A DNA stretch of 64,000 nucleotides, taken from Pseudogymnoascus verrucosus. Taxonomy: Eukaryota. The notes under the pieces are model-generated. The model worked only from the letters and a program-made list of their open reading frames with translations, made no database searches and had not been told where the DNA came from. This document shows, in pieces, positions 10,962 through 23,567 of this stretch. The stretch lies in the NCBI GenBank assembly GCA_001662655.1, contig KV460223.1; one strand, written 5' to 3'. Positions within the stretch are counted from its first letter, which is position 1, and every line of letters starts with the position of its first letter. Position numbers and translations under genes: made by a program.

Positions 10962-13900
10962 ATGGGCAGGGTGAATAGAAAGAGAGCTCAGAAGAGCTTG
11001 GATGCTCGTCATCGCAGTACACGCTTTCACCGTGCTACTCGTTTCAGTATGACCTCTGCAGAACATTTATTTTATCCTACTAACATAAATAGGAGCATTC
11101 AGATCTGTACTAAAAGGCGGCGAGAGATTACCTGATGGATTCATGAAGAATCTCAGATGGTCCACACCACATCTCGGTGAGTGGCCTCACTCACTACTTG
11201 ATGAAGTCTATACTAATTCTTGGCAGGCCATCACCGCGAGGCTTCTCAAAAAAATGCCCGCCTTCTACCCAAAGGGTATCTCACTAACCACGCGGGTGCA
11301 CCTAGATATGTTCCTGTTGGAAATAGGACTCCGCAAAACAAGCAGAAAGCTTCGAAAAGCTCTTTGTTTTCTTCTAGAAAGACCCGTGTACGCCGCCACA
11401 ATGCACGAAACTGCAGTCTACCTCATCCAAACTATATGGGAATCTCACCTGCCATCTTGCTGGAGATGATGGTCAAAGTCGCAAAGGTCAAATGGAAACC
11501 TCCAACTGTTTTGGGAAACGGAAGGACAAAAAATTCGATTATGCTGCAAGCTGCGATGTCAAAGGACTCGCCAACAATGGTATCGGTGAAGAATATTGAA
11601 GGAATACAACATGCCCTCAGTTTTCTGAGAAATCTCCCAGAAAATGGATTGCCAACATTTGTGCAGAGAAATTCGGTGTTGAAGAGGTTTATACGGGGAA
11701 TGGAAACACACAATACCTCTGCCGCATCGGGCAATAGCCAAAAGCCGAAAAATGATCTGGGCATTATAGAACAGACAGTTTACCAACTGCAGCGCCGTGG
11801 CTTGGTAAAGCCGTACCTTGACAAGTTGACTGCATATTTTTCAGAGCAGGAGGATTTAAGTGCGGATGCAGAGACTTTGGTGCAGAAAGTTCTCGTTGAC
11901 GCAACAAATAGTGCTGCTCTAACCCCATGTCCAAGAGAAGGCGAAGTCGATATGACGATGGTGGATTCCAATGAGCAAAATGCGCCAAAACTTCACCTTG
12001 ATACATCTCAGAAGCGAGTGGTGATCTCACTCCAAGGCAGCCGCTGCAATCCTATTAATCTTGAAAACCTTGGTTTGCCTCGAGATCTTTTTCGAGGGCT
12101 GCCAAATCCATTTCTTGACAGGTCTTCGAATGTCACGGCGATCAATCCCATAAATATTTCTCAGGGACAACCGGATGCCGCTCTTGGCAAATGGCCTCGA
12201 ATTGTCTTCACGAGAAATCCCGAGCTGTTGGATCTTTGTCCTGAAGAGGCAGCCATGCATTGGAGGTTTGACCGTACGTTGTACGTAAGAGCCCCCGAAG
12301 CAGCTATAGCAGCAATAGCGGCTCTACCGCCTTGCCATTATGCGCCATGCATGTATATCACTTGTGAAAATTACTTGAAGAAGCGTACCACGTCTCCTTT
12401 TCGCGAATCCCCTATGCTAGGTGGACCAGGAGGACAGTATATAACAACCCCGTTTAATTTCGGGGACCACGTCGAAGGCGTGCAGTTTTATCAAGCGGCA
12501 ATCAATGCCAAAAGAACGCGTCAACTGGGTAAGTCATGAAATTCGTTGTTGCGCTATACGTAACTGACGAATATAGAACTTGAGAGACAAAAGACAGCCC
12601 AAAAAGCCGCTGAAGATCAGAAGCATAAGAGTCCGATTGACCGATATTCCCAGGCATTGCAGCAGTCGAGACTTGCCGAAGGACATCCTAACTGGCATGA
12701 CCTGCCATATCCAGCAATATCTCGCGAGGAAATGTCGTCTTTGGAATTGGAACTTACTGAGGCTGACAAGAGCGTGGCCCACCGCATGCTCATGGATGAA
12801 ATAGTTAAAGATATACCTGGGCAACGCAAAAAATTAGAGGAGTATGATATCCGGACCCTTTTTCCTGAACTCCAGCCAATCCAGCACGAGTTCGAAGAAA
12901 ATGGGTACTCCGAGCTACGTGCAGTGAAAAATGAGCCTACCAAGTCATCCCAAAAGTCCATTGCGAAAGACCACTGCAGCAAGAAGGGCCAATCTGGACA
13001 CGGATTGAAGCGTCGTCGAGCCTTTCCGGAAGAAGAACCGCGGCCACAATATTCCAATTTTGAGCTGGAAATCGATGGCCCTCTTCTCAATGGTGGTCCA
13101 ATATTCCGTCCAAGGAGTCCTTCGCAAATGTCCACATCGTCTGAATCTGATGTCTTTGTAGACTACGAAGAAGAAATCTCTCTCGTTAGATCTTCTGCAC
13201 CAAAAGGAGAGGCAGAACCCCACCCTGAGATATATCGCGATGAGGTTATGTTGCGCCATCAGCTCGCTTCTGGACCGGTTTACACCCAAAATCCAAATTT
13301 GTACTCGACTTACAGTTCAAGCTTGCCAAAGAGTACAGAGTACAACCAGTACCCCACAAGGACAAACCGGGCCATCAAGGAGCCGATATCAATCTTTGCC
13401 GGAGAAACGACATTCTCCAACTTAACAATTGCAGATATGCAGCCGAACAGCATGTCTGGTACTGGATTTCCTTCAGAGACATCACCACAAGCAGCATTGT
13501 CTACTGATTCTATTTTGTTCTCAGGATCGCCATTTGCCCCTACGTCCCTGGCTGGTGAGCCAATGGTCGCTGATAGTAAATCATGCCCCAAATGCGAGAA
13601 GCCGTACAAGTACAAGGGGGCCCTTACAAGGCATATGCAGAACTGTCAAGTTCCAGGTATCCCTGAAGAATATAAGAGCTGTCAATTTCCAGGTATTTCT
13701 GAAGTGTCTCCCTTACCACATTCTTGCCCCACTTGTGGGAAAATATACAAGAAGCTAGGGAACCTCTGGCCTCATATTGTTTCATGTAACTCAAAAAACA
13801 ATAAGTTTCAAACCACAGAGTTTCCAAAGCAGGATATTGGAGAAGTGAAGGCTCGTGGAAGCTTGGTGCCGTTTCCACGCGATAATGCGAGAACTTCCTC

Positions 13901-15206
13901 TGGAAAGCCATTTTGTGAGGCGTGCAGATCCGAATTCACTTCAAAGAGGGAGTTGGCCAAGCATATCAAGGCCGAATGTGCGGCGTTGCGTGCCCAGGGT
14001 TCATACGGCAGAAAAAATAATAAGCAACCTGGGACCCCGCTTGCACTAAGCTTCAAGGAGCCGATGTATGCCTCGGATTTTGAAAGCTCAGATTCCGAGA
14101 GCGTTGCTGAAATGACTTCTAGCATATTCGCTACTTCAGTTGGCAAATATGGGCAAAATTCTGTACGAGCAGAAAGGCAATCAACAAAGGGCGATGCTTC
14201 TGGAATGGACTGCGCAGTGAGGAAAGGCTCCATTGCAGAACAGATGGAGCTTATTTATGGACCACAATCCAACTATCATACTCCTACTAACCCAATGTCC
14301 TACTACTCATCCAATATCATGAAGAATTCAACTCTGGGTGATTATTCCGGAACAGGTGGAGTTAGAAATGGTGATGATTCTGATATGGATGCCAGCCCGA
14401 CACCAGAGACGAAGTCGCACAATATTGGAAAACTCTCCAGGTTTGCCTCGACCGTGAGACCAAGGCGACCGCCAACCAGAATAGGAATGTCTCCAGGCTC
14501 GAAACTAACCGTCGATGGCGAAACTCCAACGTCTGTCTCACGTGTCCGCGCCCTCGACCCTGGATTGTCAGAGCTACATGATACCAAGCCCCAGCCACCT
14601 AGCCGAAGGCTTTTCTCCCACGACACTGGCGTGGCTGGTATGTCTAGTCCTTTACTTCATACAAATCAGGATGAGCAAGCTTTCAAGGCATTCGACTTGG
14701 ACTTTCCACCACTCCCCACCCGCTTCTCGCCCCACAAGGATCCTGCGACCCACCGCAGCAGGCTATCAAAGGAGTTTGGACCATATCGCAGCAAGCTAGG
14801 ATCTTTTGGGTCGGAGGTTATCACTGTCCGATGCTCAACCCAAATTGTTTGTGATAAAGTAGTCAATTTTCTTGGTAAATTCAAGGCAGAAGATGCCAGA
14901 CGCCAGATTGTATCTGTGTCGGGTGAGAACGGGTTTACTGCGAAAGTCATTGTGCGGCCAGGGTTTGATATCACTGAGGTTAAGTTTGAAGAACTACCTG
15001 GGATTTTTGTAGAGAGTGAGATTAAAAAATTCATATTTGCGCAGACAGATCCAGAGACGTTGGGAGCAAGAGTGGGGAAGGATACCGGCGAGAAGCAAGA
15101 GCTTGAGTTGGGGACACCTGGGGAGAAGCCAGTGGATAGAACAAGAGGATGGAATCTCAGAGGGAAACACGGGGAGGAAACTCGCCGTCAAAAGCGCCGC
15201 CGATAG
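10962..15206 (+). CDS. Large C2HC/C2H2-like zinc-finger protein, 4 exons (~1361 aa)
   Basis: Exons 10962-11031, 11093-11176, 11227-12528 and 12577-15206 splice in frame through GT..AG introns with branch sites, joining the separate ORFs at 11143, 11220 and 12657. Three fingers: CPKC..HMQNC, CPTC..HIVSC, CEAC..HIKAEC. Confidence 0.75.
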
Positions 15207-15779
15207 GTGCCGATATGATGGTCATGAGTGGTTCTAGATATGAGAGATAAGAGATGCTAATGCTTGCGAAGGCGAGCATCTATGTAGGATATTTGTTTGT
15301 ATGACCACATCACAGCGTGTCCAACCATCTGAGGTTTGAGGAATGCAGGTGAAGGCAAGAAAGGGATGGCAAACATGGAACCTATGGATATTAGTTGCTG
15401 GTTACCTCGCAGTAAGAGAAAGGACGGTCTTGCTCACGAGCAGCCTACTGATGCGAGTTGATGGATATTACAGATATTGGTCATTACACTAAGCACGAGG
15501 GCAGGATAGCAATACAACACACTCGTTTTTAAACCCAGCCTGGATTACTTCGACGCTGTTCAGTCGTAAATTTTCTCCTCGGCCTGAGACAGTTAATGTG
15601 ACTCTTCAAATTAAAGAGTTTGCAGGCAGAATGGAACGCCTCTATTTGACCTCCTGCACGTAAGCGCGAACCTTATCCCAAACATTGAGCCGAAAGGTAT
15701 ATTAAGAGCCCCAAAGAGACATACATGAGTATTAATAGATTCAAAAACATTCAAATCCATACATACTTTTCTCTTGAAT

Positions 15780-16560
15780 GATTACACTTGTATTCTATTT
15801 CCTCCAACTTCTTAACAACCTCTTCATGGAATGTTATGCTCAATGTCGCAACTCCCCCCCCCCCCCAATTCTCGCGCGTAACCCGATCACACTGCTGTCA
15901 TCCAGAAGCTTTGCCCGGATAGTTTCAACTAGCTTCGGGTCTCCACATGCACGCTCCAGATCAAAAGCCTCGCCCCCCACGATGCTGCTGCGAGCGAGAA
16001 TGCTGCAGACTATCGGTACCAGGCCGAGCCGTTACCTTGTCGATACTGGACCAGTATGCAAGCTTAACCAAGATAACTCCGAAGGAGCAAATGTCGAAGC
16101 TCTTCTGATATGTAGGTCGCTCTGGGCCTATGTTGAGTGTTCACGGATGGCGGCAAATTCTAAACTCTACATCATCAGCCAGTTCCTCAGTGAATTCACT
16201 AGAATGTGCTGGTTGCGCTAAGTCAAATTAAAGAGACAGGGGCTCATTGTAGTCCAGGTCTGCTCTACGGTTCTGCTGAACACCGCACCGGGTAAGTGGG
16301 AAGAAGATAATGTTATCGCCTCGGAGTGAGTCTCTTGTGGGGCCAATTAGCAGAACGAAGATACATAATGCAGTTTGCCAGTGCCTTTGCAAGATCAACA
16401 CGGTCGGTGATGCTTGGTTTTGAGAGTTCAGTATCTTGTAGGAGTTGCAGAAGCGAAATTGGAGACGTGGATGGATCTACTCCAAGTGGTGCACGCTCAT
16501 TTGATGCTCTTCCTATCTCTCCTGTTCTTGAACCCAAGTTGAGAATACAGATTTAGCGAT
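15780..16560 (-). pseudogene. Fragmented kinase-like gene of the type often fused to HeLo (HET-s-like) domains
   Basis: Remnants in different frames: KPSITDRVDLAKALANCIMYLRSANWPHK, FDICSFGVILVKLAYWSSI and C-terminal FHEEVVKKLEEI. They are separated by frameshifts and deletions. Confidence 0.55.
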
Positions 16561-17014
16561 TCACTCCTTCCTTCTCTTACATTTGAAAGCCTTCTATCTC
16601 TCAAGAAATTTGCTTCTCCATATATAGTCATTCTGCGGTCCACACATAGGTATGGGAATATGCACCGTATATCAAAGTTATCTATCAATCGCACAATGAT
16701 TTAACTAGCGCAGGAAGACAGCTAATGGTGTGGTGCTGTAGTCGAGACTAGGGTCGACGGTCTACGGATGACCCTCGTTATGGCGCTCAGAAGAATGTCC
16801 GAATGTGCACAAGAAAAGGGGGGAGAATGTACCCCACATAAACCATCTCAAACCCCGCATACACTCTTTCGGCCAACGCCTGCAACCACAGACCCCCGCA
16901 GTAATCATGGGGAAGTTGATGATATCCTCTTCATACTTTTATTCGAGCATTGAAAAATAGTAGTCGTAATTATTTCTATTCTCTCATAGATTTACTCTTA
17001 CCGAAAGTTTCACG

Positions 17015-17938
17015 ATGCCATTCGTCACACTTTTCAACGGCCAGACCGATTACTTCGAAGTTGACGATTACACGGATCCTTGGAACCGCGATGAAGCAGA
17101 TATTGTGATATTTCAGCCAGGGATATTGCGACATACAGACTTTACATATCACCTGGTCCCTTTGATGTGCAGAGATGTACGATTTATCCGTCGTGATCTC
17201 CGGGGCCATGGGAAAAGCTCTAAAGGCGACGCCGAAGGCTATCAATACACTCTGACAACGCTGGTGGATGAGATGGCCGATTTTGTCGATAAGGTCGCGG
17301 GTCGTCCTGTTCACTGGATCGGAGAGAGTACGGCTGGGATGGTAAGCATCGCCTTTGCAGAAAAATACCCCGACAAGCTGAAATCTCTGATCATTATGTC
17401 GTCACCTCTCACATTGAAGTAAGTTTCTGTTACTGTTTTAAACTTCAAGTCGAGTTTCCATTGATAACTTGACAGTGACACATTTAAGAAGATGGTTTCT
17501 CAGCCATATGCGAGTCAGGCTGAGGCAATGCGAAAAATGGGCCTCGTTGAATGGCAGAAGTCCCGCCCAGTATCTAAACTGAGCTCGAATCCGAATGCTC
17601 CAAATACGAACGAGATGGGCCGATTCTCAGGCGAGAAGTATCTAAAATGGTACGAAGAAATGCTGGATCGACATGACGTGGAGGGTGTCGCATTATACTG
17701 TGCGTTTATTGCTGACGTTGATGTGTCCTACTGTCTTGAGAACATCAAGGTACCCACTCTGATTATGGCTCCCCGACACAGCATGGCTAGCCCTGTGAGT
17801 CTCAATGAGGAGATGGCGAGAAGAATTGAAAAGTCTCGCCTGGTCATTATCGATAGCGTCGGTCATATGTTGTATATCGATGAGCCTGAGAAGACGTGTG
17901 ATGCTATTCTTGGGTGGGTTACGGACATTCGAAAATAG
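17015..17938 (+). CDS. Alpha/beta hydrolase (enol-lactonase-like), 2 exons, 288 aa
   Basis: DLRGHGKS, nucleophile elbow GESTAG and C-terminal His (SVGHML). Intron 17419-17475 joins ORFs 17015 and 17492 in frame. Confidence 0.85.
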
Positions 17939-18078
17939 TGAAATTGTATCAATTTTCTTAACTCACCGGAGCTGTCTTCATTCAGAGGCTTTCATTGCGA
18001 GGTGTAGTCAGTGGTAAACCAATTTAATTTATATAGTCTTCATAGATACCCTACTGGCAATCTTGGAGCAATATCGAA

Positions 18079-19331
18079 TTAATTACCGAAGTCCTTAGAA
18101 AACAATGCTTGGCCCTTTGCTCCTGGTTTGACGTCTTTGCAACCCAGCCTTACTTGTCCCTCGTCTACTGATTTCGACATTGCCTCACCTAGCCACAAAG
18201 GCTGAGCTTTGTCCAAAGCGTCCTCAACCTCAACAATCTCATTGCCTCCAACGAAAAACCCTTTCCCTAGAATATATTTAGTTTCTGGCTGTTTCTCTGT
18301 GATCACAAGCAATAGTTTACCATTTATGGATTTATCTGTAGCAGGTAACAGAAGTGCTTTCGCCACACTAAGTGGCGTATTAGTTGGAAGAGGTTTCCAA
18401 AACTCTTCGATATTCTTAGCCATATTGGTCACTAGAGAATAGCGCAGCCCCATGCAGGGACTTTTAGTCAGTTGCGGTTAATATAGCGATAACAAAATAT
18501 GCAAGCACTCACGTGTCATCCAGGGTGCAACTGTATTCAGAGTCCAGCTGTCCTCAATAATAGCTTGACTTTTCAGGGCTCTCATCAGCCCGATAGCTCC
18601 AGCCTTAGCAGCAGACTAGGTCCACAACGGTGCGGATGGTAGATAACCTGCGGCTGATCCAGTCATGACTAAGGAACCAAATCCTTGTCCTGAGGGGTGG
18701 TTGCGGAAGTAATGGAGTGCAAGCTTGACAGCTATTGTACACTGTTAAATAATTATAGAACAAATGAGGTTGCAATGAAAACTAAAAGAATAAAACACTT
18801 ACTGTAGACAAGTCCCTTCAAGCAAACATCAAGAACGTGAAGTTTAGGTTCCGCTAATGATGTGCCATCTTGTTCGAGTTCATCAGAAAAGATGTCTTTC
18901 AACTCGGTTATGCCTGCATTTGCCAGCACGACGTCAATCTTGCCATGCAATTTGAATGCTTTCTCAAACATAGCGCGTTGATCTGCCCAGGATGTCACAT
19001 CGCAAAAGACGTAGGTTAGATTGCTAGGCCAGATTTATTAATACGAAGAGCTGTTTGGAATATCCAGAAGCAAAAGTAGAGTACCTGGTTTTTGAAACTG
19101 TCTCAATAGCTTCCCCGGAGACGCGATTTACATCCCCAAAAACGACCTTTGCACCACATTCTAATATCAATTAATCAGCTTGGGAACAACAGAGTATGAT
19201 CTTCAAAAACAGTTCATACCATCTGCAAACTCGACTGCAGCCTTGCCAATTCCTGATGCCCCTCCAGTGATAACAATAACCTTTCCTGAAATCTTGGTCC
19301 AGTCTGTGCCATCGATGTCAACCGTCGTCAT
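18079..19331 (-). pseudogene. Short-chain dehydrogenase/reductase with an in-frame TAG at the catalytic Tyr (probable recent pseudogene)
   Basis: TGGASGIG, ANAG and GSAAG motifs are present and the exons splice in frame. The YxxxK motif reads PLWT*SAAK (CTA on the + strand at 18616-18618). Confidence 0.75.
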
Positions 19332-19608
19332 TTTTATTGTGTTCGAAGAATGGGATTTCCAATGTTGTCAAATAGACACGCACATCACAGTACAGTACAC
19401 AACATATTTATATCCATATTCTTATGCGGGGTATCAAATTGATCTATGACCAGATTGATCGAACAGCACGGGGAATGTGGGTTGTCGGAGCCACCCCTCA
19501 TCACAATGAAATCCGAACGCCACATTTATAGCTGGAGAGGCATAATATTATAGACATAAACCAAAAATTTATTTAATTTACTGCCAATCCTACTGCTGTA
19601 TCTTAAAT

Positions 19609-20682
19609 TTACAGTTCATTCAACATAGAATCTGGCATAGTGCCTCCATCATTTGGTAGCCCGCCCAGAAACTCAACCTTCAACTCATACAGTCCTTGCT
19701 CACGTATTACACTCCCCATACTCGCAACATAACCAATGTCCTGTTCACAATCAAAGTACCTCCCCTTCAGTGCCGTACCTCGTCCCGCAGCTAGGAACAC
19801 GCATGTTTGTCCACACAATGCAGGCTCGCACTTGAATGCCTTGGTGAACTTGGCATAGGCGGCAGCGCCTTCTGGGTATGCTTCTGCAACATCCTGGTCG
19901 AGAGCTTTCTGTATGCCAGTCTTGGTCGCGCCCGGGTGTAGCGAGTAGATTTCGATGTCGTGGAATCCGTCCATGTCCTGCTCAAACTGCAAGCAACCGT
20001 TGGCGCGTACGAGTGCAGCTTTTGCAGCGGCGTAGTTGGCGCTGAAAGGACTGTTCACCGTTGCAGATCGAGAGGCGATATTGATAATCCTGCCGTGTCC
20101 GCGGCGCCGAAATTCAGGTATCAGCATGTGCGTCCAAAGCATGGGCTACGGCTAAGGGTCAGATGGTTTTCCTTTTCTCCTAGAATGTGATACTTTGCTT
20201 TTTACTTACTGCCTTGAAGTTCAAATCAATCATAGCCCAGAACTGATCAAAGGTCTCCATATGAAATGGTCTATCAATAGTCCTGCAACAATGTCAGCAA
20301 GAAGTACTTCTTAATATGGATCTCCTTACCCTCCAGCGTTATTCACGAGAACGTCCACCTCACCAAGGTCTGCCACGATCTGCTTCAACGTCTTTCTTGA
20401 CTCTACCGCATCCATAACATTGCAGAAGTAGCTTTTGACTTCAGCACCCAATGCCACACAATCATCCACTGTAGTCTGTAAGGCTGAGGCAGCGCGCTCA
20501 ATATCGAGCAGAGCAAGCTTTGCACCAGCTTTAGCGAATGCCACACATTCGCCACGTCCAAGGCCACCTCCAGCGCCGGTCAATACCACAACTCGCCCTG
20601 CTAGAGAGCCTTTCAGTGTTTCCACGCTGATGGCATCGTAGGGCTTCGTATTAATCGAGGGCTTTCGAATCTCGGCTGACAT
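19609..20682 (-). CDS. Short-chain dehydrogenase/reductase, 3 exons
   Basis: TGAGGGLG, VNNAG, NIAS and YAAAK motifs; two GT-AG introns near 20330-20283 and 20210-20150. Confidence 0.85.
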
Positions 20683-21414
20683 GTTGAGTTTGATTAGGGT
20701 GCAAGCTTTACAGGAGAAGTCAAAATTTTATGATGTGACAGCAAATTACATAAAACAAAATACTAAGGATTTAAAGGTTTGCGGAAACGATGGATTTCTT
20801 CTGTGTACCGAGACCATATTCGTCGAATATGGTCTCATATGCTTCAAGTCCAGACTCGGATATTGCATTCCAAGAGCCGAACCGCCGACATGGACGGCTG
20901 GCTCTATGGGGTAGGTCTAACTTAGAGCGGAGGCGGGGGTTTGCAGCCACCCCCACCCCCTCCCCCACCCCCACCTCCACCGCCACTCATCAGATCCCAT
21001 TATTGCTGCCATAATAGCAACGTCCATAATGCTAGTGCGTCTCCAAACAGTAATTATAGTCCCCATGTGAAGCGAGGATCCAGACACAATAGTTGGATGT
21101 ATAACCCTCGTGCTGCGGGGGTGTCTCGCCGTCCCATGCGTGGGATGCAAGCTTGATATCCACTGCCGCCGTTGCAAAATCTCAGTAAATAAGGGAACTC
21201 CACACAAAGTTGTGTTATGGAAACAGCATGTCGGTCCCTGTCTTTGACAAGTGGACTGTATCCCCCGCACAAGGCAAGATAATACTAGGCCCACCCCGCG
21301 ATACAAGTCACGCTGGGCGCCACATCAGCAAGCTTCTTCCATTCGAAAGTTGTTTCAATTTCTTTGAGATTTGATACCTCTACCAAATTTTCTAGACCTC
21401 ATTGTTATTTCATC

Positions 21415-23481
21415 ATGACGCTTAACGAAAGTGCTGCTGCTCATGCAGCGAGTTTTCTCTACCCACATGGATTTCCAACCGCCCCTTCGCCAATCAAAAT
21501 TATCACACTTGCTGCAGTCTTGATATTTACAATCAGCTTCTTCGTGAGGGGCAAGAAGACGAAGTACAGCTACCCCCCGGGCCCAAAGGGCAATTTGGTA
21601 GTGGGAAACACCTTTCAATTAGACCCTCGGTTCCCTGGTGCTAAATTCGCATCATGGGGACAAGAGTACGACGACATGTAAGTGCGATTCTATACCCGGG
21701 GCAAAAGTGTGACTAGTTTGCGTGGAGCTGATTCTTTCTCTGCGATAGGTTCTCTATATTTCTCGGTTCTACCAGATGGGTCGTTGTCAATTCCTCGAAG
21801 ATGGTGCGCGAACTGCTGGATCGGAAGGGTAAAATCTACCTCAGTCGTCCATACTTCCCGGTGACACAGGAAATCTTATCTGGTGGCATGCGAATTGTCT
21901 TGATGCCACATAGCGAGCGGTGGAGAAATCTGAGGAAGATCATGCATCAGCTATTGACTGCCAAAGCGGTAAATGATTGTAGCCATCTTTTGGATTGGGG
22001 GACTTGACGCTGATGAGCAAATAGGCCGATAGCTACAAGCCATACCAAGAAATTGAGTCGAGGAAGCTGATATGGGATTATTTAAAGGCACCTGAATTGT
22101 TCTACCTCCATGGTGCGCGATTTGCCAATTCTGGTCAGCAACATCCCCACCAATGAACACACAAACCGCTAACTTCGTTTTTTAGTTATCATGTCGGTGT
22201 AAGTTACTTGAAGTTAGATATCTAGGAGTATAGAGCTAATTCTCTGCGCTCAGTGTTTTTGGTCGAAGAAGTAGCATGAGCGAAGCAAATGTCAAGGAGT
22301 TATTCAGCTGCATTGACGAATTCATGAAACTGCAGGGATCGCCTTCAGCCAGCTTTATCGACGGATTCCCTTTCATCGCTCGATGGTTACCCGTGAGACT
22401 GCAGTGGTATCGACCGAAAGCTGAGAAGGTATTCCACGAAACCTTGAAGTAAGTTCTCGACCTTGATCTGTGTCATCTTCTTTATCTCAACTAAGAACCC
22501 TGAAAAAACAGAGTGTACGAGAACTTCTTCGACGATCTGCAGAAGCGAATCGATCAGGGCGAGAACCCGGAGTGTTTTGCGCGGTCTCTAGTCGACTTGT
22601 CAAAGCAGTACAACTTCAGTGACGAGCAGCAATATTTCTGTGGTATGTTTTCCAGATTAAAACGAAATGAAGTGCCCAGCTGTCAATCGACTAACTTTCC
22701 TATCAGCTGGTACCATCATTGAAGCAGGATCTGATACGACCAGAAATCAGATTAACCTCATGCTTGCAGCCGCAGCTAAATACCCGGAATGGGTAAAGAA
22801 AGCCCGACAAGAACTTGACAGTGTCCTAGGAGACGCCAAAAGACTTCCCGACTTTGATGTGAGTGCCAGCAAATCTGTACTTGCCCTCATAAGCTGACCA
22901 CCTTTGAAAGGATTGGGAATCTTTACCATACATACGGGCAGTTATGAAAGAGACTCTAAGGTGGCGCCCGAACATGATCGCGAGCGGTGTGCCACGCGTA
23001 CTTGTCGAGGATGATGTCGTTGGGCCCTACAGATTCGAGAAAGGCACCGTGTTTACGTGGAATCATTATGGAATTTCCCACGACGAACAAGAATACAAGA
23101 ATAATCAAGTATTCGACCCAGACCGATTCCTTAATGAGGATTTGAACGATATGTTGAAAGGACATTGGGGATTTGGCATGGGTGAGCATTGCCTAACTAT
23201 TTATCTAAACCAAACCATAGATTGGGATTCTAACTTTTGATGTAGGACGACGCGTTTGCGTAGGCTGGCATGTCGGATCTCGAAACATGTTCATTTCCTT
23301 CTCTCGCCTTCTTTACTGTTTCGATTTCGCGGAAGATCCATCGGAGCCCATCGACGAGACAAGGATTGATGCCTTTGCGCATAAAGCTGCTCCCTTCAAG
23401 CTCAATATCAAACCCAGGAGCCAGGCTCATGCTGATCTGATCGAGCGAGAATGTCGTGTTGCCGGCGAAGCTGTTTCGTGA
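21415..23481 (+). CDS. Cytochrome P450, 9 exons
   Basis: N-terminal TM helix plus PPGP, I-helix AGSDTT, ETLR, FDPDRF and heme motif WGFGMG/RRVCVG. Eight introns splice in frame, including a 13-bp micro-exon near 22186-22198. Confidence 0.9.
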
Positions 23482-23567
23482 AACGCAAGGACGGGTTCAG
23501 AAAACTTCTTCGTAAATAACCATTGAAATCTTTCAATAACCATAAAATAAAAAAATATGACTCAAAC

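Noticed and set aside
20941..21156. Polyproline ORF
   Set aside because: TTG start; it is just the translation of a C-rich promoter tract.
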